Notes under the pieces: model-generated
The model's input: only the letters and a program-made list of their open reading frames with translations
Databases searched by the model: none
What the model was told of the DNA's origin: nothing
Origin: Dehalococcoidia bacterium
GTDB taxonomy: Bacteria; Chloroflexota; Dehalococcoidia; UBA2979
Direction of reading: 5' to 3'
DNA length: 64,000 nucleotides
NCBI GenBank assembly: GCA_965262725.1
Contig: OZ253555.1
Coordinates: forward strand, 1,440,001-1,504,000
Position numbers and translations under genes: made by a program
Part shown: one piece after another, positions 1-11,189 of the stretch
Layout of the letters: the number at the start of each line of letters is the position of its first letter
Position numbering within the stretch: the stretch's first letter is position 1

Positions 1-357
1 GCGCGGATGCTCGCCGAGATCGGTGACATCTCCCGCTTCGCGAACGGATCGAGGCTGGCCAGCTACGCCGGCCTTGCCCCGGTCACCCGCCAGTCCGGCA
101 GCAGCATCCGGGGGCAGACGCGGAGCCGCCGCGGGAATCACCGGCTCAAGAACGCGATGTACCTCTCCGCCTTCGCCTCGCTGCGCGACCCCGTCTCGCG
201 GGCGTTCTACGACCGCAAGCGGGCCGAGGGAAAGAAACACACCGCAGCCGTCATCTGCCTCGCGCGTCGTCGCTGCGACGTCATCCTGGCCATGCTGCGC
301 TCGCGCGAACCGTACCGCGCCGAGGAGGCTCCTCGTCACGGGTCGGTGGCTGCCTGA
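1..357 (+). CDS. IS110 family transposase, C-terminal part (runs off window start)
   Basis: AEIGDISRF...LASYAGLAP...QSG...GNHRLK...AVICLARR, the typical Transposase_20 C-terminus. Confidence 0.9.
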   Translation, partial: ARMLAEIGDISRFANGSRLASYAGLAPVTRQSGSSIRGQTRSRRGNHRLKNAMYLSAFASLRDPVSRAFYDRKRAEGKKHTAAVICLARRRCDVILAMLRSREPYRAEEAPRHGSVAA

Positions 358-419
358 CGCTGCGCCGGCCATCCCCGATCAGTGGCGCTGGCCCTTGACA
401 AAGAACATGGGGACACCCT
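1..419 (+). mobile_element. IS110 element right end
   Basis: Short non-coding end after the stop, TTGACA (395-400) then AAGAACATGGGGACACCC, no terminal IR; abuts an interrupted host ORF. Confidence 0.7.
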
Positions 420-1124
420 CCATGGAGTGCAGAGCAGATTGCCGCGGTCCGATCCACCGTGGAGGACGTGGCGCGGACGCGACCACCGGTGTGGGCCGAG
501 GACATCGAGGAACGAGAGCGAGGGCACCTCTCCGGGTGGCTCCGAGTTCGGGAGGACCCCGCCCCCTTCCTCAGCCTGGGGCTCAGCGACGAACGGTGGC
601 TGCGCAGGTGTCTCCCAGCCCTCATCGAGTCGGCCGAGTCGGCACAACTCGAGGGCGGCTCGCTCGTTCACTTCGACGTGCGCAGCGACAACCTCTGCTT
701 CGTGAACGACGATGTCCACCGACGCGTGACGCTCGTCGACTGGAACTGGTGCGGACGCGGGAGTCCGTTGCTCGACCTCATGTCATGGCTCCCGAGCCTG
801 CATTCCGAGGGAGGACCAGCCCCGTGGGACATGGTCGAGGGATCCAGGGGTTTCGCAGCGCTGCTCAGTGGGTACTTCGCGGCACCGCGCGCAGCTCCTC
901 GAAAGACGCGCCACGCGCTGAGCGGCACGATGGCGTCATGGAGGAGACGATGGACGCAATGCCAGGGCCAACAAGGGCCAGTCGCCGGCAGCGATGGTCT
1001 GCCGCCGCGGCTTCGTGGGACACGACTATGGCATGTCGCGAAGAACCGGCAGAAGCAAGCGGCTCCGCCTTCACGAGCGTGGCAACACGGCTTGCCCGAT
1101 CTGCCTGACCGGTTTCACCCGTGA
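417..1124 (+). pseudogene. APH/choline-kinase family phosphotransferase, 3' part interrupted by IS110
   Basis: Frame opens at the IS junction (PPWSAEQIAAV); HFDVRSDN (Brenner-like) and LVDWNW motifs; C-terminus degenerate. Confidence 0.7.
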
Positions 1125-1515
1125 CGAGGCGTCTTCTGGCAAAGCGGTCACGCTGGAGCCCGGCCAGGCTCGGTGTCTCACCTGCGGGAACTGCAACGCC
1201 CAGGCCGGGCGGGGTATCGATCAAGTAGCCGCAATGAGCGCACATGACCGGTTCGGCGTGACGGTCGACATCCTCGGGAAGCGCGACACATGCATGCTGT
1301 CTCTTGACGGCAAGGAGCTCACTCCTCCCTTCGCGGGATACTCGGAACAGGACTGGCGAGACGTGGACAACACCGATTCACGAAGCTTCATGATGAGTTC
1401 AGGATTCCTGACCCCAAGGCCGTCGCCGCCTCTTCACTCACGTCGGCGCATCTCATCAAGGCCCCGGACGACGTGTCAGACGTGGCGCCGCCCCCGTTCC
1501 GGGGAATCCGGCTAG
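1033..1515 (+). pseudogene. Degenerate HNH/zinc-finger protein
   Basis: CPIC...TLE...CLTCGNCN; the expected catalytic His after TLE is missing. Confidence 0.4.
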
Positions 1516-2513
1516 CTACCCGTCGCGCCCGTGATGTCCCGACGCTGGAAGATCCAGAGGGCGCCCCCCGCAAGCACCGTCGTGTAAGCGAGTAGCACAA
1601 GGAACGCCTGCAGCGCGTCCGAGCCGTCCATCCAGATGTCCACGTTCGCGCCGATAAGCGCTCCCGAGACGCTCTCGCCCCAGTCGAAGCTCCGAAGCAG
1701 GGGGACGACGATCAACTCGACGACGAAGTAACCCAGGCTGAGGCCCATGCCCGAATTCGCGGAGCGGGTCACCACCGTCAGGAGGGCGGCAAGCGCGACG
1801 AAGGGGGCGAGCCCGTAGACGGCCTTGCCCATCGTCACCGCGGCGTCGGTCCACTCGCCGGATCCCGTGAGCCCTCCGGATTCGGCCGGCGGGATGACCG
1901 AGGCGAGGACGCTGGAGACGGCCGCGGAGGCGCCCACGACGACGAGTCCCCCCGCGCCCAGGAGCATGAGCAGGACGAGCCTCGACAGGAGCAGCGGCCA
2001 GCGTCCGGCGCCCCCGGAGACCGCCGGCCTGAGGGTTCCCCAGCCGTACTCGTTTCCGAGGGTCGATGCGGTCAGGATCAGGACGAGAAGTGCGGCGATG
2101 TCGAACACGCTCGCCACGGCCCTCGGAATGGCGCTCGGCAGCACAAATCCCTCGCGCAGGTTCTCGCTCGCCGAGACGCCGCCACAGCTCTCGTCACGGA
2201 AGCGCTCGCCGTCGGCCAGGAAATCGCGCCGCTGCGCATCGGAGAGAAGCTCGAGGCCGTCGGGCGGTCGCTCGTTCACGAGGTCCGCGCACGTCGCCGT
2301 CACGGTAATGGTCCGGCCGTCGTTGACGTGGGTCGTGGAGTAGCTCCCCCCGGAGAGGGCATCCTGCAGGGACTCGTTGTGGAACAGGGCGTAGCTGGCC
2401 CACACGGCGATCTGCGTGAGGACGACGGCGACGGCCAGCAGGATCCAGGGCATCCAGCGTCGCCGCAGCTTGAACCACTCCCAGGACGTGAGGCGCAGCA
2501 CGTGCACGATCAT
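1512..2513 (-). CDS. ABC-2 type transporter permease
   Basis: Several hydrophobic segments, EWFKLRRR at the N-terminus, EYGWGTLR motif, FQRRDI at the C-terminus; overlaps the ATPase gene. Confidence 0.85.
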   Translation of the reverse strand: MIVHVLRLTSWEWFKLRRRWMPWILLAVAVVLTQIAVWASYALFHNESLQDALSGGSYSTTHVNDGRTITVTATCADLVNERPPDGLELLSDAQRRDFLADGERFRDESCGGVSASENLREGFVLPSAIPRAVASVFDIAALLVLILTASTLGNEYGWGTLRPAVSGGAGRWPLLLSRLVLLMLLGAGGLVVVGASAAVSSVLASVIPPAESGGLTGSGEWTDAAVTMGKAVYGLAPFVALAALLTVVTRSANSGMGLSLGYFVVELIVVPLLRSFDWGESVSGALIGANVDIWMDGSDALQAFLVLLAYTTVLAGGALWIFQRRDITGATGS

Positions 2514-3430
2514 TCGCTCTCCGCCTCGCCGTCGCCCGTGACCTCGAGGAAGTACGCCTCGAGAGAGGTCTGGACGGGCGTGAGCTCGGAGACGTAGACG
2601 GCCCCGCGACCCAGGGCGGCCGTCAGCTCCCAGGAACGCTCGTGCGGGGCCGACACCATGAGGGAGCCGTCCGCCGGACGCACCTCGTCGACCCAGTCCA
2701 GGGCCGAGAGGATCCCGTGGGCCGCCGCGTCGTCGGTGGTCCGCATCCGCATCTGCTGTCGGCCCCGGCCGCCGATCAGCTCTGCGACCCGGCCCTGCGC
2801 CACCAGCTTCCCCTTCGACAGGATCGTCACGCTGTCGCAGACCTGCTCGACCTCGTTGAGGAGATGGCTCGAGAGGAGCACGGTCCGGCCGCCGGTGCCC
2901 AGGCTCCGAATCAGCTCTCGGATCTCGGCCATGCCCTCCGGGTCCATCCCGTTGGTCGGCTCGTCCAGGAACAGGAGCTCCGGGTTCCCCAGCAAGGCGT
3001 ACGCGATGCCCAGGCGCTGCTTCATGCCGAGGGAGTAGGTGTGGAAGCGGCCGTCCGCGCGGGACAGGAGCCCGACCCTGTCGAGTAGCGCGTCTACGTC
3101 GGAGGGTGACCCCCGGCCCGAGATCCCCTGGAAGTAGGCGAGGTTCCGGCGGGCCGAGAGGTACGGATAGAAAGAGGGAGTCTCCACGACGGCGCCGACT
3201 CGACGCAGTGCGTCCCGGTGCCGCTCAGTCGAGCCCAGGAGGCTGAAGCTGCCCGATGTCGGTCGGAGCAGTCCGAGCAGCATGCCGATCGTCGTCGTCT
3301 TGCCCGACCCGTTCGGGCCGAGAAGACCGTAGACATGCCCTCGCGTCACCTCGATCGAGAGCCCGTCGACGGCGAGATTCCTGCCGTACCTCTTGGTCAG
3401 GCCATCGGTCCGGATGGCGACGTCACTCAC
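2510..3430 (-). CDS. ABC transporter ATP-binding protein
   Basis: Walker A GPNGSGKTT, signature YSLGMKQR, Walker B LFLDEPTNG, SSH motif. Confidence 0.95.
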   Translation of the reverse strand: MSDVAIRTDGLTKRYGRNLAVDGLSIEVTRGHVYGLLGPNGSGKTTTIGMLLGLLRPTSGSFSLLGSTERHRDALRRVGAVVETPSFYPYLSARRNLAYFQGISGRGSPSDVDALLDRVGLLSRADGRFHTYSLGMKQRLGIAYALLGNPELLFLDEPTNGMDPEGMAEIRELIRSLGTGGRTVLLSSHLLNEVEQVCDSVTILSKGKLVAQGRVAELIGGRGRQQMRMRTTDDAAAHGILSALDWVDEVRPADGSLMVSAPHERSWELTAALGRGAVYVSELTPVQTSLEAYFLEVTGDGEAESE

Positions 3431-3907
3431 CTGTCCCTCGCTCTCGCCGTCTCACGCGATTCATCGGCGACACGACACGCCGGACCGCACGCTCACTCTC
3501 CCTCCTGAGCGCGTGACGGGGCAAGCACACGGGGACTGCATGCGTAGGTGGCCGGCGGGTGACCGGCATCTGCGCGGCCACTGCCACGCCTCGTGGACGG
3601 GGGTCGTCCGGCTCGGAGCGAGGCAGCCTCGCTCGAGGCCCGGAGGGACCCAGTCCGTTGCGGGAGCCGAGTGGAAGCGTCGGCTTCCACCGGGTCGAGG
3701 AAGCAGAGGCGGACGACCGCGCTCGGGGAGAGGTTCCTGCGCTTCATCAGCGAGCAGCCGCCGTGCCAGGACACCGCGTGGCGCCGCCGCGATCGGGCGC
3801 CGGAGTAGCATCGCGGCCTGAACCGGCCGAACCGGCGGCTCCCGGCGCGGGGGCGGGTCTGCGCCCCCCGTCCGCCGTGGGGGAGGCAACTGCGACGGAG
3901 GCACGAA

Positions 3908-5193
3908 ATGATCGGACAGGGCCACCTCGATCGCCGCGAGTTCGAGGAGCTGCTCCGCACGCTGGGCCCCGCCGACGCGCGTCTGCTGCTTCGCCGCACG
4001 GCGGATGGCTGCTCGCTGGTCACGCTCGTCGTCACCGCGGGGCGGGCCCCTGCCGGCCCATCCTCCGAGACGTACGACTACGGCGAGACCGTCCTCGCCC
4101 GGGCCGTCGTCGACGGCGGCGCCCTGGCCGACTGGCTCTCGCGGGGGAACGGCGAGCTCGCGGGTCTGACGTTCGCCGTGCCCGAGCCCGCGCTGGCTGC
4201 AACTGGGAGCACCAAGAGAGCCGCCGGCACGCCACCTACGGGACTCTCTTCGCCACGCCGCACACCGAGTACCGGCTCTCCTCGACGAACGGAGAGCAGC
4301 CGCACTGGCCCGCGGGCGTCCTCGCCGGGCCGGGCCTCCCCTTCTATCCGCATGTCGATGTCGCCGCCGCCTCGGTACTCCTGGACCTCGACTCGCTGCC
4401 CCGGGGGCGCACCATCCCGTCGGAGCTGGTGCTGCTGCGCATAGCCCATCCCGAGGCCTACTTCGAGAGGCTGCGGGTCTCCTCGGCCTCGATCGTCGCA
4501 TCGGTACGCGGCGACGACCTGGCGGACGTGCGGTTGCAGATCTCCCGGGCGGGCGGGCGCCACGAGGAGACCCTCGCGGGGCCCGGCGACGTGCGCGTGC
4601 CCGTGGCCGGAGCCGGGAGTGCCGATGCATGGGTCGCGCTCACGCGCGGGACGCAGTGCCTGGACTTCCGGGCCATCAGCCGCCGCTGGCCGGATCCGTG
4701 GGGGCAGCACGACATCGTCTTCGAGCCGGAGGATCTCGACGAGCGGCTCGATCTCATGCGGCTGGCCGGCGAGGACGAGAGCGTCGAGTTCAAGAAGGCC
4801 GTTCCGGAGGGCGAGGGGATCGCGAGGGCCGTCGCGGCGTTCGCGAACGGCGGCGGCGGCACCATTCTGATCGGGATCGAGGATCGCACGGGCGATGTCG
4901 CCGGCGTGGCGGATCCCGCCGCGTGCCGGGACCGTCTCGCGGACATCGTCCGCAACGGCGTCGCCCCTCCCCCCGAGTACGGGCTCTTCACGTGCACGGT
5001 TCGGCAACGCCCCGTCGTGGCGATGCGCGTCGAGCCGGGGGATGCTCGCCCCTACGGGGTGCGGGGGCCGGGAGGGCTCCGATACTACGTGCGGCGGGGC
5101 GCGACCAACCGCGTCGCGGAGCCCGAGGAGATGCGGGCGCTCTGCCGGGCCCGTCCGGGCGGCCCCTCCGATCCGCATGCTCCGGGGGAGTGA
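3908..5193 (+). pseudogene. Protein with C-terminal Schlafen/AlbA_2 domain, frameshifted near 4195
   Basis: N-terminal part in the 3908 frame, remainder in the 3559 frame; GEDESVEFK...AVAAFANGGGGTILIGIED AlbA_2 motif. Could be a single-base sequencing error. Confidence 0.7.
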
Positions 5194-5710
5194 GCGCGCA
5201 GCGCCGCCGTGTGCTTCCCACGCAGGGGGATCGCGCGGGGCCGCGGGGGCTCCGGTGCGGATGGTGGTCGCGCTCGTGACCTGCCGGCCGTCGCCGCGCC
5301 CGACGACCAGTGCGCCGGGATCACGGCGGCGACGGCGGCTCTCGCGGCCGGATCGCGATACGGCGCCGTCCTGGTGGCGCCCCGCGCGGTCGCCGCCGAC
5401 CTGGACGGCACCGGCACGCCGCCGCTCTCGAGGCGGGCGCGTTCTTCGAGGTCTGCGACCGTCATGAGCCGGCCGGAGGCGTCGTGGCGAAGGGTCGGAC
5501 CGTCCTGCTCCGTGCGGATGAGCCTCTCGCCGAACGTGAGCCGCGGTGGTACCGCGCGGATCGGTCGTTCCATCGTCCTCGCCAGAGAGCCACGGCAGCG
5601 GCGCGCGGACGGCGTGCCGGGGCGGCGCGGCGGCGCGGATCGGCGCATCGGGGGCAACGGCAAGCGGCGGACGGGCCGAGGCGGTCCGGGAGCGGCGGGC
5701 TGTCGCTCCG

Positions 5711-6379
5711 TCAGTCCACGACCGGGTAGTCCGGCGGCCCCCAGTCGATCTCCGGGTGTGACAGCATCAGGCCGACGAACAGGGGGACGAGGCACGCCAG
5801 GATCCGCGACCCGTCGCGGACCTGGTCGCGGTTGACGGAGCTCCGCCACGTCGCTCCGCCGTGCATGAGCTGGATGCGGAGGACGTAGAGACGATCGAAC
5901 AGCGTGTTGAGGACGACCGCGGTCTCCCCGTCGGCGAGCGCGCGGTGGACCCGGCGCCGGCGCGCCGCGAAGAGATCCTCCCAGTCATCGGAGCCTCGAC
6001 CCGCGTGGTGGTTCCAGAAGGGCTGGAACACGAACTTGTTGTCGAGCAGCATCCTGATGGGGCCCGAGAACGTCGTCCAGATCGCTTCGTAGACGGTGTC
6101 GTCGCCATCGAGCGAGAGGAGCGTGTCGAAGTAGCCGGTGAACTCGTCGCGCTCCGTCGACTCAGGGAGCCGGGGTCTGTCCCGGGCGTACGCGGCATTG
6201 AAGGCGATCCAGTAGAAGATGAAGGCCGCGTCGTCGTCCCCGTTCGCCGTTTCCCGCTCCGCGCGCCCCAGCCAGCTCAGGGCACGACGCATGCGGAGCC
6301 CGAGATGCCCGGGCAGATCGTCTCGCACGCGCTCCCACTCCTCCATGAGTCGCCCGACGGGTGTGCCCGGCATCGCCAT
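5711..6379 (-). CDS. HEPN domain protein
   Basis: RALSWLGRAE...FIFYWIAFNAAY...RLYVLRIQLMHGG (Rx4H); purine-rich RBS before ATG 6379. Confidence 0.75.
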   Translation of the reverse strand: MAMPGTPVGRLMEEWERVRDDLPGHLGLRMRRALSWLGRAERETANGDDDAAFIFYWIAFNAAYARDRPRLPESTERDEFTGYFDTLLSLDGDDTVYEAIWTTFSGPIRMLLDNKFVFQPFWNHHAGRGSDDWEDLFAARRRRVHRALADGETAVVLNTLFDRLYVLRIQLMHGGATWRSSVNRDQVRDGSRILACLVPLFVGLMLSHPEIDWGPPDYPVVD

Positions 6380-8505
6380 GTCGTTCCCTTCGCACTCGCG
6401 AGGCGGCAGGGCCGCTCGCCCTCCCCGAAGGGTAGTCGCCCCCCGCCGAGGCGGGGTGCCGCTGCCGCGCGAACGGCTCCCCGGAGCCCGCGCGTCGGTG
6501 GAGGTCGGGCGCGGCCACGGGGGATCTGCCGGCGTGCGTGGGCCCCGGCGCCACTCCCCTCCGGCGCGCCGGGACGCGCGTGAACTTCGGAGCCCGAACC
6601 GCCCCCGGTGCGCGCGTCGGCAACGCGACCGCGACGACGGCGCCGCGAGGCGGCCGTCCTGCCGGGGACGTGGGCGTCGAGGGGGGCCTGCAGCTCCTCG
6701 TGGCGCGGCCCCCGCTCGGGGCAGGGGAGACGCGACAGCGTCGGGGCGATCCCGACATCGCGCCCGCGAGGAAGGCGCCGGGGGCCGTGCGACCGCCTCC
6801 TCGACATGGAGCAGGGCGCCGGCCGCGCGGTCCGGCCGTACCCGCGGGTCGCCGTGATCGCCCCTCCCGCGAACCGCAGCCGCTGCCTCGTGCAGGCGCG
6901 ACCCGGGTCGGGCGGCGTCGCTCCCGGCGCGGGGCCGGCTCAGTCCGCGGCGCTCGTCCCGCCCGGGCAGCTGACGGCGACCGACCGGCCGGTGACGGCG
7001 TACGCCACGACCGGCGATGAAGGGCACGTGTCCGGCACGCCGGCCTCCGCGCTCCGCAACCCGGCCACGTGGCGAGGCCTCGATCGCGAGGCGTACGGTG
7101 GCCCCGTGTAGCCGGGGAACGGGCCGTGGCATGGCGCTCATTGCGAGCATCTGCGATCGCACCACCGGGCGGCCGCTCACCTGCGTGGCGGACGGCGGCA
7201 TCGCCGCGCCGTCTGCCACTACAACCGTCCCGCGCGACGTGGCGCGGCTCCGGCGCCGCCGGCCGCGGACCGTGGAGGTGATCGGCGGCATCCCGCGCCC
7301 GGGCATCGCCACGATGGCGACGGCGCGCTTCACGGCGCGGCTCGGGAGCGATCCCGACCTCTGCATCGAGGGCGTGGCGCCGTACGTGCGCGACGGCGGC
7401 TACCCGATCGGTCCGCCGCCGCCGGAGCCATCCACCGAGGCGAGACCGCCAGCGTCTCCTCGCGCTCGAACGCCCCCGGTCCAGGGGGGCGACCGCCGCC
7501 GTTGACCCGCATAGCGCGGGAGAGCCCCGCACCCGGACGGTGCCGGGAGCGAGGCGCGCCTCGAGCGGCGCGGGGGCATCTCCTCGCGTCGCCGGCCCGG
7601 GCGGAGGACGCCGTCGGGTCGCGCGGCCCGCCCGCCGCAGGCCGTGGCGGACACGCGTGCTTCAACGTGCGGGTCGCCGGGGACCGGACCCGCGGGCGGT
7701 CGACGGCGAACTCCCGGAGGACGGCCTCGCCGCCCGCGCTGACGACGGCGCCGCCCGATGCTCGCCCGGCCCGCGGGACCGTCGCCGGGGACGCAGGCGC
7801 CGACCCGGGCGCGGAGGCTGCCCTCGCGGCCGGGTCGTGGCCGGGAACCGGCGGAGCCGTCGCGAAGAGGTCGGGACGAGGCTCCGACGCGCCCACCGCT
7901 CGAGTGGGCGCCGGAGCGGGAGCAGCAGGGCGCGCTCGCAAGAGCGGCGCGCCGGACGGGAGCTCGGGGAGCATCGCCGGATGCGGCGGTGTTCCCTGCC
8001 GCCGTGATGGGCGCGGCGTGAACGTGGAGTATCGGACCACGGCCTCGGGCGCAGTACCGAGGATCGACCTGAGCACCCGCACGCTGATCCGAACCGCGGA
8101 CAGCGCCGGAAGCGGAACGTGGTGCCCACGAGACGAGGCCGAACGGGCGGGAGTGGTGCCCGGCGTGACTCGCGTACCGACGGGGGATCGGTTGCGCGCG
8201 TGTACGGAAAAAGAACATATGATCCGCGCTCAAATCCTGCTCACGATCCGCTCCGACGCTACTCACACGCCAGGGACGCCGCATGTTGCCTGGTGCCGCT
8301 GCGGGTCGACACCGGCGACCTGCTGACGCCTCGGACACGCGAGCAGGAGCGGGCCTCCGGCCGCGTGATTGTCCTCTGAGCAATCCCTGAGCACGCCGGT
8401 TCGTAGGGTCCGTCGCGCAACACGTGCGTTTGTCGGTATCGCCGCTCCGGAGGAGCAGAGAAACCGACGCGGAGCGCTCATCCGGGACACCCGCGGCAGG
8501 CGGGG

Positions 8506-8921
8506 TGTCGATCGCCAGGGTCATTGAGCCACGCGTCGCCACGGTCATTGGACCACCCGGGACGCCGGTAGGCGGCTTGATATCAGTGAGCGTCTAGCGC
8601 GTCAATCACCTCCCGTCTGCGCCTCGAGCAGGGCGCGGTGCGGCGAGAGCCGCTGGCGGTAGCTATCGCCCTCGATCACGATCTGGTAGCTGGCGTTGGC
8701 GAGGCGGTCGAGGGCGCTGTTGCCGAGGATCGGGTCGTCGAAGAGACCCAGCCATTCCTCCACGGCGCGGTTCGAGGTGATGACGAAGCTGGAGCTGCGG
8801 TGGCGCCCGATGACCAGCTCGTAGAGGTCGATGGACTGCTGCGCGCTGAGGCGATGGAGCCCGAGGTCGTCGAGGATGAGCAGGTCGGGCGCGAGGAAGC
8901 TTCGGAAGACCTTCTCGGCGA
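8506..8921 (-). mobile_element. IS21 right-end fragment with 3' part of istB
   Basis: Near-identical reverse complement of about 60230-60644; terminal TGTCGATCGCCAGGGTCATTG at 8506. Confidence 0.9.
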
Positions 8922-9551
8922 CCACCGCGCGGAAGCCCGCGTCAGGCAAGCCGAGAACGAGTGGCCGGGCCCGGCAAGCGTGCTCGTGACCCGTGAATGG
9001 CGGGTCGAGGGCCCGGGTGGCGATGTCTGTCGATCAGATCCCCAGTGGATGCCGTCAGTAGTGGCCGTCCACCGGATCGGTGCGAGCCGACAGCTGCGCT
9101 TGCGTAGACGACGAAGGGAACGATTTGCGAGACGGCGTCGAGGAGGCCGGCGAGCTGGATGAACTGGAGCGGGAGCAGCAGGCCGGAGTGTGCGGTGAGG
9201 GCGGTGGAGCTGGTGTCGGTGCCGAACTCGATCGGGAGCGTCTGACGTGTCATGCTGTCTGCACCTCGCTGGTGAGTTTTCTTTGTGATACAGGCATTCT
9301 CTGCCCTGAGCGATCAGGGCTCCAGCGAGGTACCTCTCCTCCCTCACCGCGCACGCCGGGGCCGTACCGGGGGTGCGCAGCACCCTGAGACGCCCGATCC
9401 GGGGTGTGATCGGCGTCAGAACGGGGCTCCGGAGGTCGGATCGGGCGCGTCCGACGGCACATCTGCGTCTCGGGCGGCCTCAACCGGGCTGCTCACGCCC
9501 GACGCGGTCCCGTCAGCTTCCCGGGGCTCCAGATTTGATGGGATATCTGGG
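8922..9551 (-). mobile_element. Truncated IS1380-like element (transposase N-terminus begins at 9253)
   Basis: MTRQTLPIEFG...ALTAHSGLLL resembles IS1380 transposase N-termini; candidate end CCCAGATATCCCAT at 9551. Confidence 0.45.
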
Positions 9552-9555
9552 TCTA

Positions 9556-10883
9556 GGGCACCTCGAAGAACTCGCGATTGTTGATGAAGGTATCGGTGAG
9601 GGCACGAGGGGGCAGAGGGCGTAGCTGAGGAGACCCCAGGGGGTGTGGGTGAGTCCGCGAGAGCATAGGTGAAGCGGGATAATTGACAGTTAAACGGGAC
9701 TGTCAAAGCACCGAACTAGAGGCTGGTGTGAGGTCTGTGGACGGGTGGCGGCAAGCTAGGCCGCGGCAGCCGTACGGCGGTGTTCGAGGTGCGCCAGACG
9801 GCGAATATTGTACGCCAGGTTCTTGAAGCCGATCTGCGTCACTGCCCGCCGCACGCCGATCGTACGGATGTGCGTGCCGCCCATCTCGTTCGTCTGCGAG
9901 CCGAAGATGTGCTCAACCCGGGCCCGTACTTGCGACCATCCCCGGTTGACCGCCTCCTCAGCCGCCGTCAACGGCCGGTTGGCAGCGGCCTTCCGATGGA
10001 TGCGGCTCGTCAGACCTTTCTCCGTGAGCATTGCCTCAATCGCCCGCGACCGATAGGCACGGTCTGCCCACACATCGGGTGACGTGTTCGGAGAGTCGAG
10101 CAGCTGGTCGATCACCTGGCTGTCATGGACCGCGGCATCGGTGACGGCGTAGGAACGCACCAGCTTGTGGCGCCGATCGATGGTGATGTGGTTCTTGTAG
10201 CCGTAGTGACTCTTCCCGTGCTTCTTCGTCCAGCGGGCGTCGAGGTCTTTCTGGGCCAGCTTCGCCGGATTGAAGACCCACTCCGAGGGAATGAGGTCCT
10301 GCTTGAGCGACTCGTTCTCCCGGCGGCTGTTGCGCTGGATCGGCACCGAGACGATCGAGGCGTCGACGATCTGTCCGCCACTGGCGCGGTAGCCCTGGCT
10401 GGCGAGATAGTGGTCGAAGGCCTGGAACAACTCGGCGATGGCGCCCGCCCTGGTCAACTGCTCGCGGTAGAGCCAGAAGGTGGTGGCGTCGGGCACCCGG
10501 CCTTCGATGCCTGTGCCGCAGAAGCGGGAGAAGGAGAGACGGTCGCGGATCTGATACTCAATCTGTTCATCGGAGAGGTTGTAGAGTACGCCGAGTATCA
10601 ATCCCTTGAAGATGACGATTGCGTCCCATGGCTTGCGTCCGGCCGGTGATTTACGCTCTTCTTCGGGCGTGGCCCAGACGGCTTCTAACTGAGGTCTGAA
10701 CTGCTCCCACGGGATGATTTGGTCGAGCTTGGCGAGTGGGTCGCCCTTGGCGTCGAGAGCGTCGTAGCGGTCGTCCACATTGAAGAATCCAAGTTGGCCC
10801 ATATCATCCCCCGTAACCATGACACTGATGGCTACAGTATATCATTCACCATGCCGACGATATAGTCATTCTTCGAAGTGCCC
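9556..10883 (-). mobile_element. Complete IS5 family element
   Basis: 15-bp IR GGGCACCTCGAAGAA / TTCTTCGAAGTGCCC (1 mismatch); TCTA target duplication at 9552-9555 and 10884-10887. Confidence 0.9.
9756..10802 (-). CDS. IS5 family transposase
   Basis: LSDEQIEYQIRDRLSF, VPDATT, IVDASIV, YGYKNH, VWADRAY, RARVEHIFG. Confidence 0.95.
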   Translation of the reverse strand: MGQLGFFNVDDRYDALDAKGDPLAKLDQIIPWEQFRPQLEAVWATPEEERKSPAGRKPWDAIVIFKGLILGVLYNLSDEQIEYQIRDRLSFSRFCGTGIEGRVPDATTFWLYREQLTRAGAIAELFQAFDHYLASQGYRASGGQIVDASIVSVPIQRNSRRENESLKQDLIPSEWVFNPAKLAQKDLDARWTKKHGKSHYGYKNHITIDRRHKLVRSYAVTDAAVHDSQVIDQLLDSPNTSPDVWADRAYRSRAIEAMLTEKGLTSRIHRKAAANRPLTAAEEAVNRGWSQVRARVEHIFGSQTNEMGGTHIRTIGVRRAVTQIGFKNLAYNIRRLAHLEHRRTAAAA

Positions 10884-11189
10884 TCTAGTGTCCCGAGTTG
10901 CAAATGCTGAAAACAATCGCACCGAGCCTCGCAGGCCTGGTCCGCTCAGTGGAGGCTTGGGTCGCAACTGGAAACGAGCACCGGAGGCGCTTCATCTGGC
11001 ACAAGTCCGCGGACCAGATCTTTGAGTAGGGTCAGGGGCTGGCGCGGTGCGAGCCGTAGGCGGTGGCGCATATTGCCAGGCCGGTTTCCCGGTGGCGCCC
11101 ATCTCCACAGCCGTAGCATCGTCCGTCTCCAGCCCCTGCCGCCTCGAACCGGACGTGAGGTTTTCCCTCATCCGGCTCACCGATGCCCT

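Noticed and set aside
5085-5573. Small minus-strand ORF MERPIRAVPP...
   Set aside because: No recognisable motif and a low-complexity tail; cannot be supported.
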